A stretch of 59,648 bases of DNA, the filler included, from Chthonomonadaceae bacterium (lineage in GTDB: Bacteria; Armatimonadota; Chthonomonadetes; Chthonomonadales; Chthonomonadaceae): the NCBI GenBank assembly GCA_035650735.1. It is 4 parts of 4 records of this genome, joined end to end, with 100 filler letters (N's around TTAATTAATTAA, not from the genome) between each part and the next. Parts side by side here need not be neighbours in the genome. Positions count along the whole stretch, not along the records: positions 17,827 to 31,994 come from DASRGZ010000190.1; 3 more parts are not named here. One strand, 5' to 3'. The notes under the pieces are model-generated. The model made no database searches and was not told where the DNA came from. It saw only the letters and a list, made by a program, of their open reading frames with translations. Shown here one piece after another: positions 18,952 to 28,375 of this stretch; within the stretch, counting starts at the first letter, position 1, and every line of letters starts with the position of its first letter. A program made the translations under genes and the position numbers.

Positions 18952-19824
18952 GTGCCGGAGGATAAGCCGGGAGAGATCGAGTCGGAATGGAATCGCGGGA
19001 AAGGGATCATATTGGACGAGCAGGAGGAGAAGCAAATAGGGACAGAGCAGGGTGCGCCGCCGACGCTCCATAAGGGCGCCTACGCCTCTCGCGCGCTGGG
19101 CCGGCAACAGCCCTATGCCTATCTCCTGCCCGCCGGGTGGGACGGCAGCGCCGGACGCTGCTTCCCGCTGCTTCTCCTCCTGCACGGACGCGACGGCAGT
19201 TATCTGGACTGGCCGACCCATACGCGCATCGCCCACTATGCGGCCCGCTATGCGCTCTGTGTGGTATTCCCGGAGGGCGATAACGGCTGGTATACCAATG
19301 CGGTCGGCGGCGCGTCCCGCTATGAGGATGACCTGGTTCACGCGCTGGTGCCGCATATTCAGGCGACGCTGCCCGTGCTGCCCCCCGGCAAACACTGGGG
19401 CATCGGCGGCCTCTCCATGGGCGGCTACGGGGCCGTCAAGCTCGCGCTCAAGTATCCGCGCCTGTTTTCTCTGGCCGTCAGCCACAGCGGCGCGTTAGAA
19501 AAGCCGCGCCAGCCGGAGCCGCATCCTGTCTTTGGCGACCCACAGGCGGACGCCGCCTTCCGCCTCTCCGAAAACCCGTTCTGGCTGGCCGAGCAGGCGA
19601 TGTGCCGCTTCCCTACCGAGCGGCCCCGACTCTATCTGGATTGCGGCCTCAACGACGAGCTGCTGGAGGCCAATCGCCGCTTTCATGATCATCTCACATT
19701 CATCGGATACCGGCATACCTATCAGGAGATGCCGGGCTATCACACCTGGCCCTACTGGAATCGGGCGATCCGCACCGTACTGCCGGAGGTCGCGGCGGCG
19801 CTAGGGGCCGATACGAAGGAGTAA
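18952..19824 (+). CDS. Putative esterase (alpha/beta hydrolase)
   Basis: LLHG, GLSMGG nucleophile elbow, DCG..D, GYHTWPYW; start uncertain. Confidence 0.88.
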   Translation: MPEDKPGEIESEWNRGKGIILDEQEEKQIGTEQGAPPTLHKGAYASRALGRQQPYAYLLPAGWDGSAGRCFPLLLLLHGRDGSYLDWPTHTRIAHYAARYALCVVFPEGDNGWYTNAVGGASRYEDDLVHALVPHIQATLPVLPPGKHWGIGGLSMGGYGAVKLALKYPRLFSLAVSHSGALEKPRQPEPHPVFGDPQADAAFRLSENPFWLAEQAMCRFPTERPRLYLDCGLNDELLEANRRFHDHLTFIGYRHTYQEMPGYHTWPYWNRAIRTVLPEVAAALGADTKE

Positions 19825-19826
19825 GC

Positions 19827-21239
19827 GTGCAGAAGTTCGATCTGGTTGTTATCGGTGGGGGCTCGGCGGGCCTGAAGGCGGCGCGCACGGCGGCGCGGAT
19901 GGGCCGCACAGTAGCGCTGGCCGAAGAGCGGGAGTTGGGCGGCGAGTGCTTCTGGGCCGGCTGCGTTCCGACCAAGGCGATGGTGCGCGCGGCCCAGGTC
20001 TGGCATCTGGTGCGGCGCGCGCACGAGTTCGGTATGCAGGTGGACATCTGCCGAGCCGAGTTTGCCGATGCGATGGCCTACAAGGCGCGCGCCGTGCGGC
20101 GCGTGGCCGGCGACGGACCGGAGGATGGCGGGCTCTCGAAGCTGGGCGCATCCTACTTCCCTGCGCGGGCGCGTTTCGAGGGGCCGCATGAGGTGCGCAT
20201 CGGGCAGGAGGTCATCCGGGGCCAGCAGATCCTGCTGGCGACGGGTACCGTGCCCGCCGTGCCGCCCATTCCCGGCCTCGTAGAAACCGGGTTCATTACC
20301 AATCGCGAGGCCGTCTCGCTGGAAACGCTGCCGAGGCGCCTGGTGGTGCTGGGAGCCGGTCCGATTGGTCTGGAGTTTGCGCAGGTGTTCCGGCGTTTCG
20401 GCGCGGAGGTCACAGTCATCGAGCAGGGGGCGCAGATCCTGCCGCGCGAGGACGAGGAGATCGCTGCGCTGGTCGCCCTCTTTCTGCGGGAAGAGGGTAT
20501 CCGTATTCTGACCAACGCGACCGCTGCCTCCGTGAGCGCGATTCAGAGTGATGGCAGCAAGACGCGGCGTGTCCGCGTCCGGCAGGGCAACGCGACCCAG
20601 GATATCGAATGCGAGGAGATTCTGGTCGCCACGGGCCGCAACGCGGCTCTGGAAGGGCTCCAGATCGAAGCGGCAGGGGTCGCCTTCAACGCCAAGCGCG
20701 TCGAAATTGACCCCTACCTGCGGACGAGCGTGCCCCATATCTGGGCGGCAGGAGACGTCACGGGCGGCTACCTGTTCACCCACGTCGCCAGCTATGAGGG
20801 CAAGCTGGCCGCGCTGAACGCCTTTACCGACAAGCTGGAGCCCTTTGACGACCGCGTGGTGCCCCGCGCTACCTTCGTCGATCCGGAGGTTGCCAGCATT
20901 GGCCTGACCGAGCGGCAGGCCCACGAGCAGGGCCTGCGCGTCCGAACTCACGCCTTCTCCTTCGCTGACCTGGATCGGGCGATCCTGCACGGCGATGCGC
21001 GCGGCCTGGTCAAGCTGGTCGTGGACGAGCGGGACGGCCAGATACTCGGCGCGCATCTGACCGGGCCGGATGCCTCCAGCGTCATCGCGGAACTGGCCAT
21101 CTGCATGAAGAGCCATCTGCCCGTTTCCGCCATTGCCGACACCATGCACGCCTACCCGAGCTTCCCCGAAGCCGTCGAAGCCGCCGCCCTGTCCGCCCCC
21201 AACTATCGCGGGCAGGTCGAGGGCGCCACCAGCCCCTAA
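19827..21239 (+). CDS. Pyridine nucleotide-disulfide oxidoreductase (MerA/LpdA-like, class I)
   Basis: GGGSAG, GGECFWAGCVPTK, GAGPIGLE, WAAGD, HAYPSFPE; no MerA C-terminal CC. Confidence 0.9.
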   Translation: MQKFDLVVIGGGSAGLKAARTAARMGRTVALAEERELGGECFWAGCVPTKAMVRAAQVWHLVRRAHEFGMQVDICRAEFADAMAYKARAVRRVAGDGPEDGGLSKLGASYFPARARFEGPHEVRIGQEVIRGQQILLATGTVPAVPPIPGLVETGFITNREAVSLETLPRRLVVLGAGPIGLEFAQVFRRFGAEVTVIEQGAQILPREDEEIAALVALFLREEGIRILTNATAASVSAIQSDGSKTRRVRVRQGNATQDIECEEILVATGRNAALEGLQIEAAGVAFNAKRVEIDPYLRTSVPHIWAAGDVTGGYLFTHVASYEGKLAALNAFTDKLEPFDDRVVPRATFVDPEVASIGLTERQAHEQGLRVRTHAFSFADLDRAILHGDARGLVKLVVDERDGQILGAHLTGPDASSVIAELAICMKSHLPVSAIADTMHAYPSFPEAVEAAALSAPNYRGQVEGATSP

Positions 21240-21250
21240 AAACAAAAACC

Positions 21251-21391
21251 TCAACAGGATGAACAGGATTTGGCAGGATTAAACAGGATTTCTAAAAGAC
21301 CAACAGAGCACCTACTTCCTCATTGGTTGCAGGCTTCTGTCTCTTTAGTCTTAATCCTGTAAATCCTGCCAAATCCTGTTCATCCTGTTGA
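21251..21391. repeat. CAGGAT/ATCCTG MITE-like element
   Basis: TCAACAGGATGAACAGGATTTGGCAGGATT...AATCCTGCCAAATCCTGTTCATCCTGTTGA between convergent genes. Confidence 0.88.
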
Positions 21392-21395
21392 AAGA

Positions 21396-22808
21396 TTATT
21401 CCAGCACGGGCATCATTGCGCCTTCGGCTTCCAGGCCGCTGTAGCCCGCTTCGCCATGCTGCCCCAGATCCAGCCCCGCGTTCTCCTCATCCGTGCTGAC
21501 GCGCAGGCCCATGATCGCGCCTAGTACTTTGATGATAATGAAGGTTACCAGCGCGGCGTAGGCGACGGCGGCCACCACGGCCACGGCTTGAATGCCTACC
21601 TGTTTGAAACCGCCCCCGGAGAACAGGCCGTTGGCACCCGCGCTGTTGATGGCGGTAGAGGCGAACAGTCCGGTGGCAATGGCGCCCCATGCGCCCCCAA
21701 CGCCATGCACGCCGAAGACGTCGAGGGTGTCATCGTAGTGGAAGAGATGCTTGAGCCGAATGGCAAAGAACGAGATCAGGGCGACGCCCGCGCCGATGAT
21801 AATGGCGGCCACCGGGCCGACGAAGCCGGAGGCGGGAGTGATGGCGACCAGGCCGGCCACCGCGCCCGTCGCGAAGCCCAGTGCGGTCGGCTTCTTGTAC
21901 ATGGCCCACTCGATCAGCGCCCAGGTCAGGCCCGCAACGGCGGCGGCGATATGCGTGGCGACGAAGGCCGAGACCGCCAGCCCGCTAGAGGCGACTGCGC
22001 TGCCCGCATTGAAGCCGAACCAGCCGAACCAGAGCAGCGCCGTGCCGATCAAGGTCATCGGCAGGTTGTGCGGGCGCAGGTCCTCCTCCAGGCCGGTGTG
22101 CCGCCTGCCCAATACCAGCGCCAGCACCAGCGCGGAGACGCCGCTGCTGATATGCACGACCGTGCCCCCGGCAAAATCCAGCGCGCCCATACCCCCGTTG
22201 GTACCCAGCCAGCCGTTCTTGCCCCAGACCCAATGCGCCAGCGGGCAATAGACCAGTGTGCTCCACAGCAGCATAAAGACGGCGTAGGTGGAGAACTTCA
22301 TCCGCTCGGCGATGGCGCCGCTAATGAGCGCGGGCGTGATGATGGCGAACATCATCTGATAGATCATGTAGAGCAGATGCGGAATGGTTGCGCTGTAATC
22401 GGCGTTGGGCGGGACGCCGACGCCGCTGAGGCCAAACCAGGCCAGACTGCCGATCAGCTTACCGCCCGGCCCGAAGGCAATCGAGTAGCCCCACAGCACC
22501 CAGACGAGCGTGACGATGCCGAGCGCCACGAAGCTCTGCATCAGCATGTTGAGGACGTTCTTGGCGCGCACCATGCCGCCGTAGAAGAGCGCCAGGCCGG
22601 GGGTCATCAGCATGACCAGCGCGGTCGAGATCAGCATCCAGGCGGTATCACCGGTATCCGCCTTGGGCGGCGCGGGCGTAGAAGGCGGCGTGCCCTGCGC
22701 GGCAGCCAGCGTGTAACCGAGGCAGAGCAGGCTCAGAAGCGCCAGGCCGAGCAGCAGAGCGCGGCGGGCTTGTGGACCGAGGCCCTTGTGTCGAAGCAAA
22801 GCAGCCAT
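21396..22808 (-). CDS. amtB: Ammonium transporter
   Basis: MTPGLALFYGG, DFAGGTVVH, WFGWFGFNAGS, DDTLDVFGVHG; signal-like N-terminus; GGAGG RBS. Confidence 0.96.
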   Translation of the reverse strand: MAALLRHKGLGPQARRALLLGLALLSLLCLGYTLAAAQGTPPSTPAPPKADTGDTAWMLISTALVMLMTPGLALFYGGMVRAKNVLNMLMQSFVALGIVTLVWVLWGYSIAFGPGGKLIGSLAWFGLSGVGVPPNADYSATIPHLLYMIYQMMFAIITPALISGAIAERMKFSTYAVFMLLWSTLVYCPLAHWVWGKNGWLGTNGGMGALDFAGGTVVHISSGVSALVLALVLGRRHTGLEEDLRPHNLPMTLIGTALLWFGWFGFNAGSAVASSGLAVSAFVATHIAAAVAGLTWALIEWAMYKKPTALGFATGAVAGLVAITPASGFVGPVAAIIIGAGVALISFFAIRLKHLFHYDDTLDVFGVHGVGGAWGAIATGLFASTAINSAGANGLFSGGGFKQVGIQAVAVVAAVAYAALVTFIIIKVLGAIMGLRVSTDEENAGLDLGQHGEAGYSGLEAEGAMMPVLE

Positions 22809-23261
22809 GTAATCTCATTCCTCCCTTGGATAATCCGGTGGCGCCCCGGCAACGGGACACCGTTCGGCGTGGCCCTCGCGCCCTCCAGACGTGAAACGGG
22901 TGCGAAAGCGAGCAGCAAGCCCCTGCGTCGTCGTCAGGGGAGGAACAGAAAAGGCGAGAAGCCAGACGTATCTGGGCTTTCCCTGGACAGCGCTGTCATC
23001 GGCGGGCGTCGTCATCGGGGAGTCACACGGTGGAAATCGGGACGGCCAAAAAGGAGAACCAGCAGCCGGAGGCTCTTACGCAGGCGCGGGAGCAAACGCC
23101 GCCGAGGCAGAGCGCTCAGAGGCGCGCAGAACCCCGGCCTGGCAGCAATGACGGAAGCCCGAGCGGTTCGCCACACGGCGAACACGACCGACGGCTATGT
23201 CGGGAGGCGCACAAACAAGGTTGGGGCGGCCGTCGGCTCCGACGACCGAAGAAGTTAGCTT

Positions 23262-23291
23262 AGGATAACATAGGACCCCGCTTCCTGTCAA
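23262..23291 (-). promoter_or_regulatory. Sigma70 promoter upstream of amtB (long leader)
   Basis: TTGACA-N18-TATCCT with extended TG, ~450 nt before the ATG. Confidence 0.55.
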
Positions 23292-23346
23292 GCACGAATC
23301 GAAAACCCGCGCGCTATTGGAGGGAAAGCGGAAGTCGTTCCCTGTG

Positions 23347-25935
23347 TTAGGCCATGCTTAACGGATCCATGTCAATGCTCAGGCCGAGACGGTCGGAAGG
23401 CGAGAGGCGGGCCAGGGCGGCACGCACCATATCGGCCAGCGGCGCGTCGGTGGGGGCGCGCAGGGCGACATGGTAGCGGTACTGATTTTTCAGGCGCGCG
23501 AGCGGCGCAGAGGCGGGACCGATGATCTCGACCTCTTTTGGCGTCACCCGCTCCAGCGCGGCGGCCAGGGCGACGGCGCGCGCCTGCGCTCTGGCTTCGC
23601 TCTCATCGGCACAGACGAGGTTGGCAAAACGGGAGAAGGGTGGGTAGTTCAGCTCCTTGCGGAAAAGGATCTCCTGACGGTAGAACGCTTCATAGTCATG
23701 CCGGACCGCTGCCTGGATGGCATAGTGGTCGGGGCTAAAGGTCTGGATAAGGACCTCGCCCGGGTTCTGCCCGCGCCCGGAGCGGCCTGCCACCTGGGTC
23801 AGCAACTGGAAAGTGCGCTCGGCGGCGCGAAAATCGGGCATATTGAGGGCCGTATCCGCGCTGATGACTCCCACGAGCGTGACATTCGGAAAATCCAGCC
23901 CTTTGGCCACCATCTGCGTGCCGATCAGAATATCGGCCTCGCCCTGCCGGAAGCCGCGCACGATGCGGGTATGCGCGCCCTTGCGCGCCGTCGTGTCCCT
24001 ATCCATGCGCGCCACCCGCGCCGAGGGAAACACCTTCACAACCTCCTCCTCCACCTTCTCCGTGCCGATGCCGAACGCCTTGACTTTTGCTCCGCCGCAG
24101 TCCGGGCAGGTCTGAGGAGCGCGGGCGGTATATTCGCAGTGGTGGCACTTCAGCGAGCGATCATAGGCGTGGAAGGTCAGCGACACGGCGCAATGCGGGC
24201 AGCGGGCCACGTAGCCGCAATCCCGGCAGAGCACGAACTGCGCATAGCCGCGCCGGTTCAGGAAGAGAATGATCTGCTGCTTGCGGGCCAGGCGAGCGGC
24301 CATCGCATCCACCAGCGGTTGCGAGAAGAGCGCGCGCCGCTGCTTGAACTCAGCCCGCAGATCCACGACCGCGACGTGGGGCAGGGGACGGTTATCAATG
24401 CGCTCGCGCATCTCAATGCGGAGGATACGGCCCTCATCCCCGTCCCCTCGGGCAGGGTATAGGGGGTAGGGGGTAGGGGGTGAGGGCGATAAGGTCGGGG
24501 TGGGGGACTCACTGGCATAATAGCTCTCCAGCGAAGGCGTCGCGCTGCCCAAAAGGAGGACGGCGTTGCTGAGGCGAGCGCGCTCGGCGGCGAGGTCTTT
24601 GGCGTTATAACGAGGCGTGTTCTCCTGCTTGTAGGAGGCTTCATGCTCCTCGTCCACCACGATCAGGCCGACGTTCTCCACGGGGGCAAAGATCGCCGAG
24701 CGCGCCCCGACGACGATGCGCGCCTGGCCCGCCTGCATGCGCCGCCACTCGTCATGCCGCTCCCCCTCCGAAAGCCGGGAGTGCAGCACGGCCACTTGCT
24801 CCCCGAACCGCCCGGTAAAGACATCCACGACCTGCGCGGTCAGGGCGATCTCGGGCACCAGGACGATGGCGCTGCGTCCGGCGGCGAGGGTATGCGCGAT
24901 GGCATTCAGGTAGACCTCGGTTTTGCCACTGGCGGTCACGCCGAAGAGCAGCACAGTCCTGGCTCTGCCGCTGGCGATGCATTGCCGCAGCGTTTCGACG
25001 GCGTGCTGCTGGCCCGGCGTGAGCGGTGGGGCGACCGTGCGCTTCTCGGGAGCGAGGATGGGCGCGCGGCGCAGCGCGATCTCCTGGACCTGCACCAGGC
25101 CCCTCTCCACCAATCCGCGCAGGGAGGCGGAAGAAGCCTGGGCCGCGTGCAGCAGCTCATCGCCGGGCATCGGGCCTTCGTTGCGGCGCGTCCACTCTAT
25201 CAGCGCATTAAGAAGGCGCTGTTGTTGCGGGCTGCGGCGTCCCACGCCGCCGGAACCGCTCAGCACCTCCGCCGCCGCGCCCAGCGTATAAGCTTTGACG
25301 GTCTTCTCTACGGTCCTGGCGCGCGCCACGCTTCGAGCCTCGATCAGCAGCCCCTTCCTCAGCAGCGCCGTGTAAGCGCCGGAAAACTGGGGAAGATTGG
25401 CAGTCTCGCGCAGTTCCTCCAACTCCGCCTCGCCGTCCAGAGCGCGCAGCGTCTCGATAATGTGGGCCTGGGGTATCGAGCCGCCCACATCCGAGCCCCG
25501 CAGGTCAGAATCTCGGAGGCGCACTTTGGTGGTCACGCGCGCGCCCAGCGTCGCCGGGGCCACGCATCGGATCGCCGAGAGCAGATCGCAAACGTAGCGG
25601 TCGCTCATCCAGCGGACGGCGTGCAGTTGCTCCTCGTTGATGGTGATCGCATCTTCGACGAGGGCGATAATCTCTTTAAGCTTCCTGCAGAGAGGATCGG
25701 TGGTCGGCAGCTTGCGGCGGGCCAGCACGTAGCCAAGCGCCTCCCGCCCAGCAAAGGGGATATGCACGCACGCCCCGATGGTAAGAGTGTTGCGCAGTGA
25801 TTCCGGCACGCGGTAGGTATAAGAGGGCTGCAAGTCCGGCGCGTCAATATCCACGACGACATCGGCGACATCTGCCTCGGCGTACTCCTCCCAGAGGCTC
25901 TCGGTATAATGCTCCTGATGGGATGTCGCCCTCAT
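23347..25935 (-). CDS. priA: Primosomal protein N'
   Basis: GVTASGKTEVY, DEEH, GSATPS, four CxxC zinc pairs, GTQMVAKGLDFP, QVAGRSGR. Confidence 0.96.
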   Translation of the reverse strand: MRATSHQEHYTESLWEEYAEADVADVVVDIDAPDLQPSYTYRVPESLRNTLTIGACVHIPFAGREALGYVLARRKLPTTDPLCRKLKEIIALVEDAITINEEQLHAVRWMSDRYVCDLLSAIRCVAPATLGARVTTKVRLRDSDLRGSDVGGSIPQAHIIETLRALDGEAELEELRETANLPQFSGAYTALLRKGLLIEARSVARARTVEKTVKAYTLGAAAEVLSGSGGVGRRSPQQQRLLNALIEWTRRNEGPMPGDELLHAAQASSASLRGLVERGLVQVQEIALRRAPILAPEKRTVAPPLTPGQQHAVETLRQCIASGRARTVLLFGVTASGKTEVYLNAIAHTLAAGRSAIVLVPEIALTAQVVDVFTGRFGEQVAVLHSRLSEGERHDEWRRMQAGQARIVVGARSAIFAPVENVGLIVVDEEHEASYKQENTPRYNAKDLAAERARLSNAVLLLGSATPSLESYYASESPTPTLSPSPPTPYPLYPARGDGDEGRILRIEMRERIDNRPLPHVAVVDLRAEFKQRRALFSQPLVDAMAARLARKQQIILFLNRRGYAQFVLCRDCGYVARCPHCAVSLTFHAYDRSLKCHHCEYTARAPQTCPDCGGAKVKAFGIGTEKVEEEVVKVFPSARVARMDRDTTARKGAHTRIVRGFRQGEADILIGTQMVAKGLDFPNVTLVGVISADTALNMPDFRAAERTFQLLTQVAGRSGRGQNPGEVLIQTFSPDHYAIQAAVRHDYEAFYRQEILFRKELNYPPFSRFANLVCADESEARAQARAVALAAALERVTPKEVEIIGPASAPLARLKNQYRYHVALRAPTDAPLADMVRAALARLSPSDRLGLSIDMDPLSMA
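24431..24507. repeat. Degenerate REP-like palindrome read in frame within priA
   Basis: CCCTCATCCCC...GGGGGTGAGGG encodes SPTPTLSPSPPTPYPLYPARGDGDE just after GSATPSLESYY. Confidence 0.6.
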
Positions 25936-26861
25936 GCCTGCTTACCGCTTTCCCCTGACCCCCCATCCCCACTGCCAGGGTCGGTGCGGCCCACGCTCGT
26001 GCCTCCGCCTGGCAGCCCTATCCGCTCGTTCCTCGCCAGGGAAGGAGACGGAGCCAGGTTGTACGCTCCATCGAACTGCCCCTCCAGAAGCGCAGGAGAA
26101 GAGGCCTGGGAAGGAACGTGTCCACTCGTGTCCCCCCCTTCCCTTGTAGGGTCGCTAGGCGGAGGCGCGAACCGTTGAGCGCCGACCCTGGCAGTGGGGG
26201 CCGGGGGATTAGGGGAAACATGAGGGAACGAGGCCGGTGAAGTAGACGGCTTCTTATCCCAGGGCAGGTGGATTTTGGGCTCTTTCCTGGAAAGAAGCCG
26301 CTGGATATTGGCACGGTGCTTGTAGATCGCCATCAGGCAGGCCACGAGGCCGAATCCCAGGCGGTAGATGTCACCGGGATAGAACAGGGGCATGAGAATC
26401 GGGAGGGAGAGAGCGCCGAGAATCGAGCCGAAGGAGACCCAGCGCAGCGTGAGCACTTCGATGCCGAACAGGCAGAAAGCGGTCAGTCCGACGCCGGGGG
26501 CGATGCCGAGCAGCGCGCCGAGGCTGGTCGCAATCCCTTTGCCACCCTGAAAGCCAAGCCAGACCGAGTAGTTATGCCCCAGAATCGCCAGCAGCGCCAT
26601 CAAAATCACCCAGGGCGCAGCCAGATGCAGCGCGGCACCGACTAATGGCGGCACGAGCCCTTTGAGCACGTCGAGCGCGAAGACGAGCCCGCCCGCCACC
26701 GGCCCGCACACCCGCCCGACATTGGTCGAGCCGATATTGCCGCTGCCCAGCGTGCGGATGTCCACGCCCTTCCACTTTTTGGCGATCCACAGACCGAACG
26801 GCAGCGAGCCGAGCAGGTAACTTCCTGCCAGCGCCGCGCCTATCGTCAGACCCTGCATCAT
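25932..26861 (-). CDS. plsY: Glycerol-3-phosphate acyltransferase with repeat-derived C-terminal extension
   Basis: SYLLGS, GSGNIGSTN, DVLKG, GH..S, GGKGIATSLG, HRANIQRL. Confidence 0.93.
   Translation of the reverse strand: MMQGLTIGAALAGSYLLGSLPFGLWIAKKWKGVDIRTLGSGNIGSTNVGRVCGPVAGGLVFALDVLKGLVPPLVGAALHLAAPWVILMALLAILGHNYSVWLGFQGGKGIATSLGALLGIAPGVGLTAFCLFGIEVLTLRWVSFGSILGALSLPILMPLFYPGDIYRLGFGLVACLMAIYKHRANIQRLLSRKEPKIHLPWDKKPSTSPASFPHVSPNPPAPTARVGAQRFAPPPSDPTREGGDTSGHVPSQASSPALLEGQFDGAYNLAPSPSLARNERIGLPGGGTSVGRTDPGSGDGGSGESGKQA
25952..26215. repeat. REPIN-like element inside the plsY 3' end, each arm carrying one 45-nt unit (25971-26015 +, 26152-26195 -)
   Basis: CCCCTGACCCCCC...GGGGGATTAGGGG ends; spacer homologous to the glnE insert. 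Confidence 0.85.
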
Positions 26862-26888
26862 TCCGCTACCTCATCCGTCCCCGCTACC

Positions 26889-28300
26889 TCATTCGTCCAG
26901 CCGCTTTGCGGACATCTCCTTGCCATTCTGCTTGCAGGTCAACTCCTTCACCTCGACGGCCTCCGTTTTCACAAAGGTAATCTTCGCCTCGACGATACGC
27001 GCGAAGAACTTAGTGTCGGACTCAGGGCAGATGTCCAGTGCCGCCTGGCCGGTCGGCTGCAACGTCAGGCCGCTGCCGTTCTGAGCGACCGTAAAATGGA
27101 AGTCCGGCTTGAACTCGTACTTGCCGACATAGGCCATGTACATTTGTAGGTCTATCTCGGCAAGCGGCGGCTCTGCAGAAATTATATCTGGCCAGCCATA
27201 CTCTTCGGCTACAGCACGCAGGATTTCATCCATGACCGGCCAGCCCCGATTGGAGTTCAGCATCACAGCCATGCCGCTGCCGCGATGCTTATAGGCCGTC
27301 AGCATGGCGAGGAAACCTTCATCCCAGCCGCCATGCCCGAAGCGCACGGAGTCGTCTTTGCCACTTAAAAAGAAGCCCAGGCCGATGTGCTCTTCCACCT
27401 GCGGCGTCAGCATCAAGTTGACCGTCTCGGCGGAGAGGACTTTGTAGGATTTGCCCTCTCGCGCCAACTGCATTTCGAGAGCAAATCTGGCAAGATCGGT
27501 GGGCGTCGTCCACAGGCCGGCCGCTGCCATCTCCGGGTAGACGTGCCACTTACCGTCCACGGGCCGGAGATCAGACGGGCGGGCAGTGGCAGCAAAGCGG
27601 GCGCGCTTATCGGGAAGCGGCTGTTCGTAGGGGCTATGCTCCATGCCGAGGGGATCAAGCACCAGTTCGCGCATGATCTGCGGGAACGGTTTCTTGAGAA
27701 TGTCCATGAGCATAAGCTGCACGATGGTCGTGCCGCCGCCCGAGTACCGAAACTGCGTGCCGGAATAGCATTGACCCGGACGGGGTCTGTATTGGCAGGC
27801 TTCTCGCCATCCAACACCTGCACCACCGTAGGGATAGGTCGGTCCCGCAGATAGCCGGGGAAGCCGTGAACGGTTAGTCCGGCGGCATGGCTGAGCAGTT
27901 GCCGCAGGGTGATACGCGGCTGCCACGATCCGTTGGGCGGCACTTTCCAGGAGGTTAGGTACGTGTTGACACCCTCATCCAGGTCAATCACGCCCTCCTG
28001 TACCAGCCGCATCGCTGCCGTTGCCGCCACCGGCTTGCTGATAGACCCGGCTTGAAAGAGGGTTTCCGGCGTGACCGGCTCCGGCTTGCCGACCTCCTTG
28101 ACGCCATAACTGCGCACCCACTCGATCCGATAGTCATTGAAAACGGCCAGACTGAGGCCGGGCGTGTCGAAGTACTCCATGCGCTCGGCCAGCCTGCGCT
28201 TGGCGGGCTTCTGGCTGCGCAGAGGCGTCTCCGGCAGCAGCCCACTCTCAACGCGGCGAATTCTCTCGTCAATCGCTTCCGGCGGCGCAGTGGCAGTCAT
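26889..28300 (-). pseudogene. Serine hydrolase (AmpC-like beta-lactamase family), frameshifted near 27760
   Basis: GSISK and LLSHAAG in one frame, FRYSGGG, AAGLWTT and HGG in another; one base missing in AIP-GTQF; AAGGAGG RBS at 28300. Confidence 0.8.
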
Positions 28301-28375
28301 CGATTCCTCCTTTGGACGGAGCGGATATTGAGCACAGATGGCTCCTCTTCCGCGCATTGAGAACGTCTCGCTGCG

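Noticed and set aside
19827..21239. Mercuric reductase merA
   Set aside because: Lacks the C-terminal Cys-Cys pair and mer operon context; left as a generic class I disulfide oxidoreductase.
21588..23258. Long antisense or alternate-frame ORFs (also 1535-2932, 19752-21254, 34906-36135 and others)
   Set aside because: Shadows of real genes in GC-rich DNA, with no motifs or RBS.
25971..26015. 45-nt hairpin unit as a SECIS element
   Set aside because: Copies are mostly intergenic, occur in either orientation and do not follow in-frame UGA codons.
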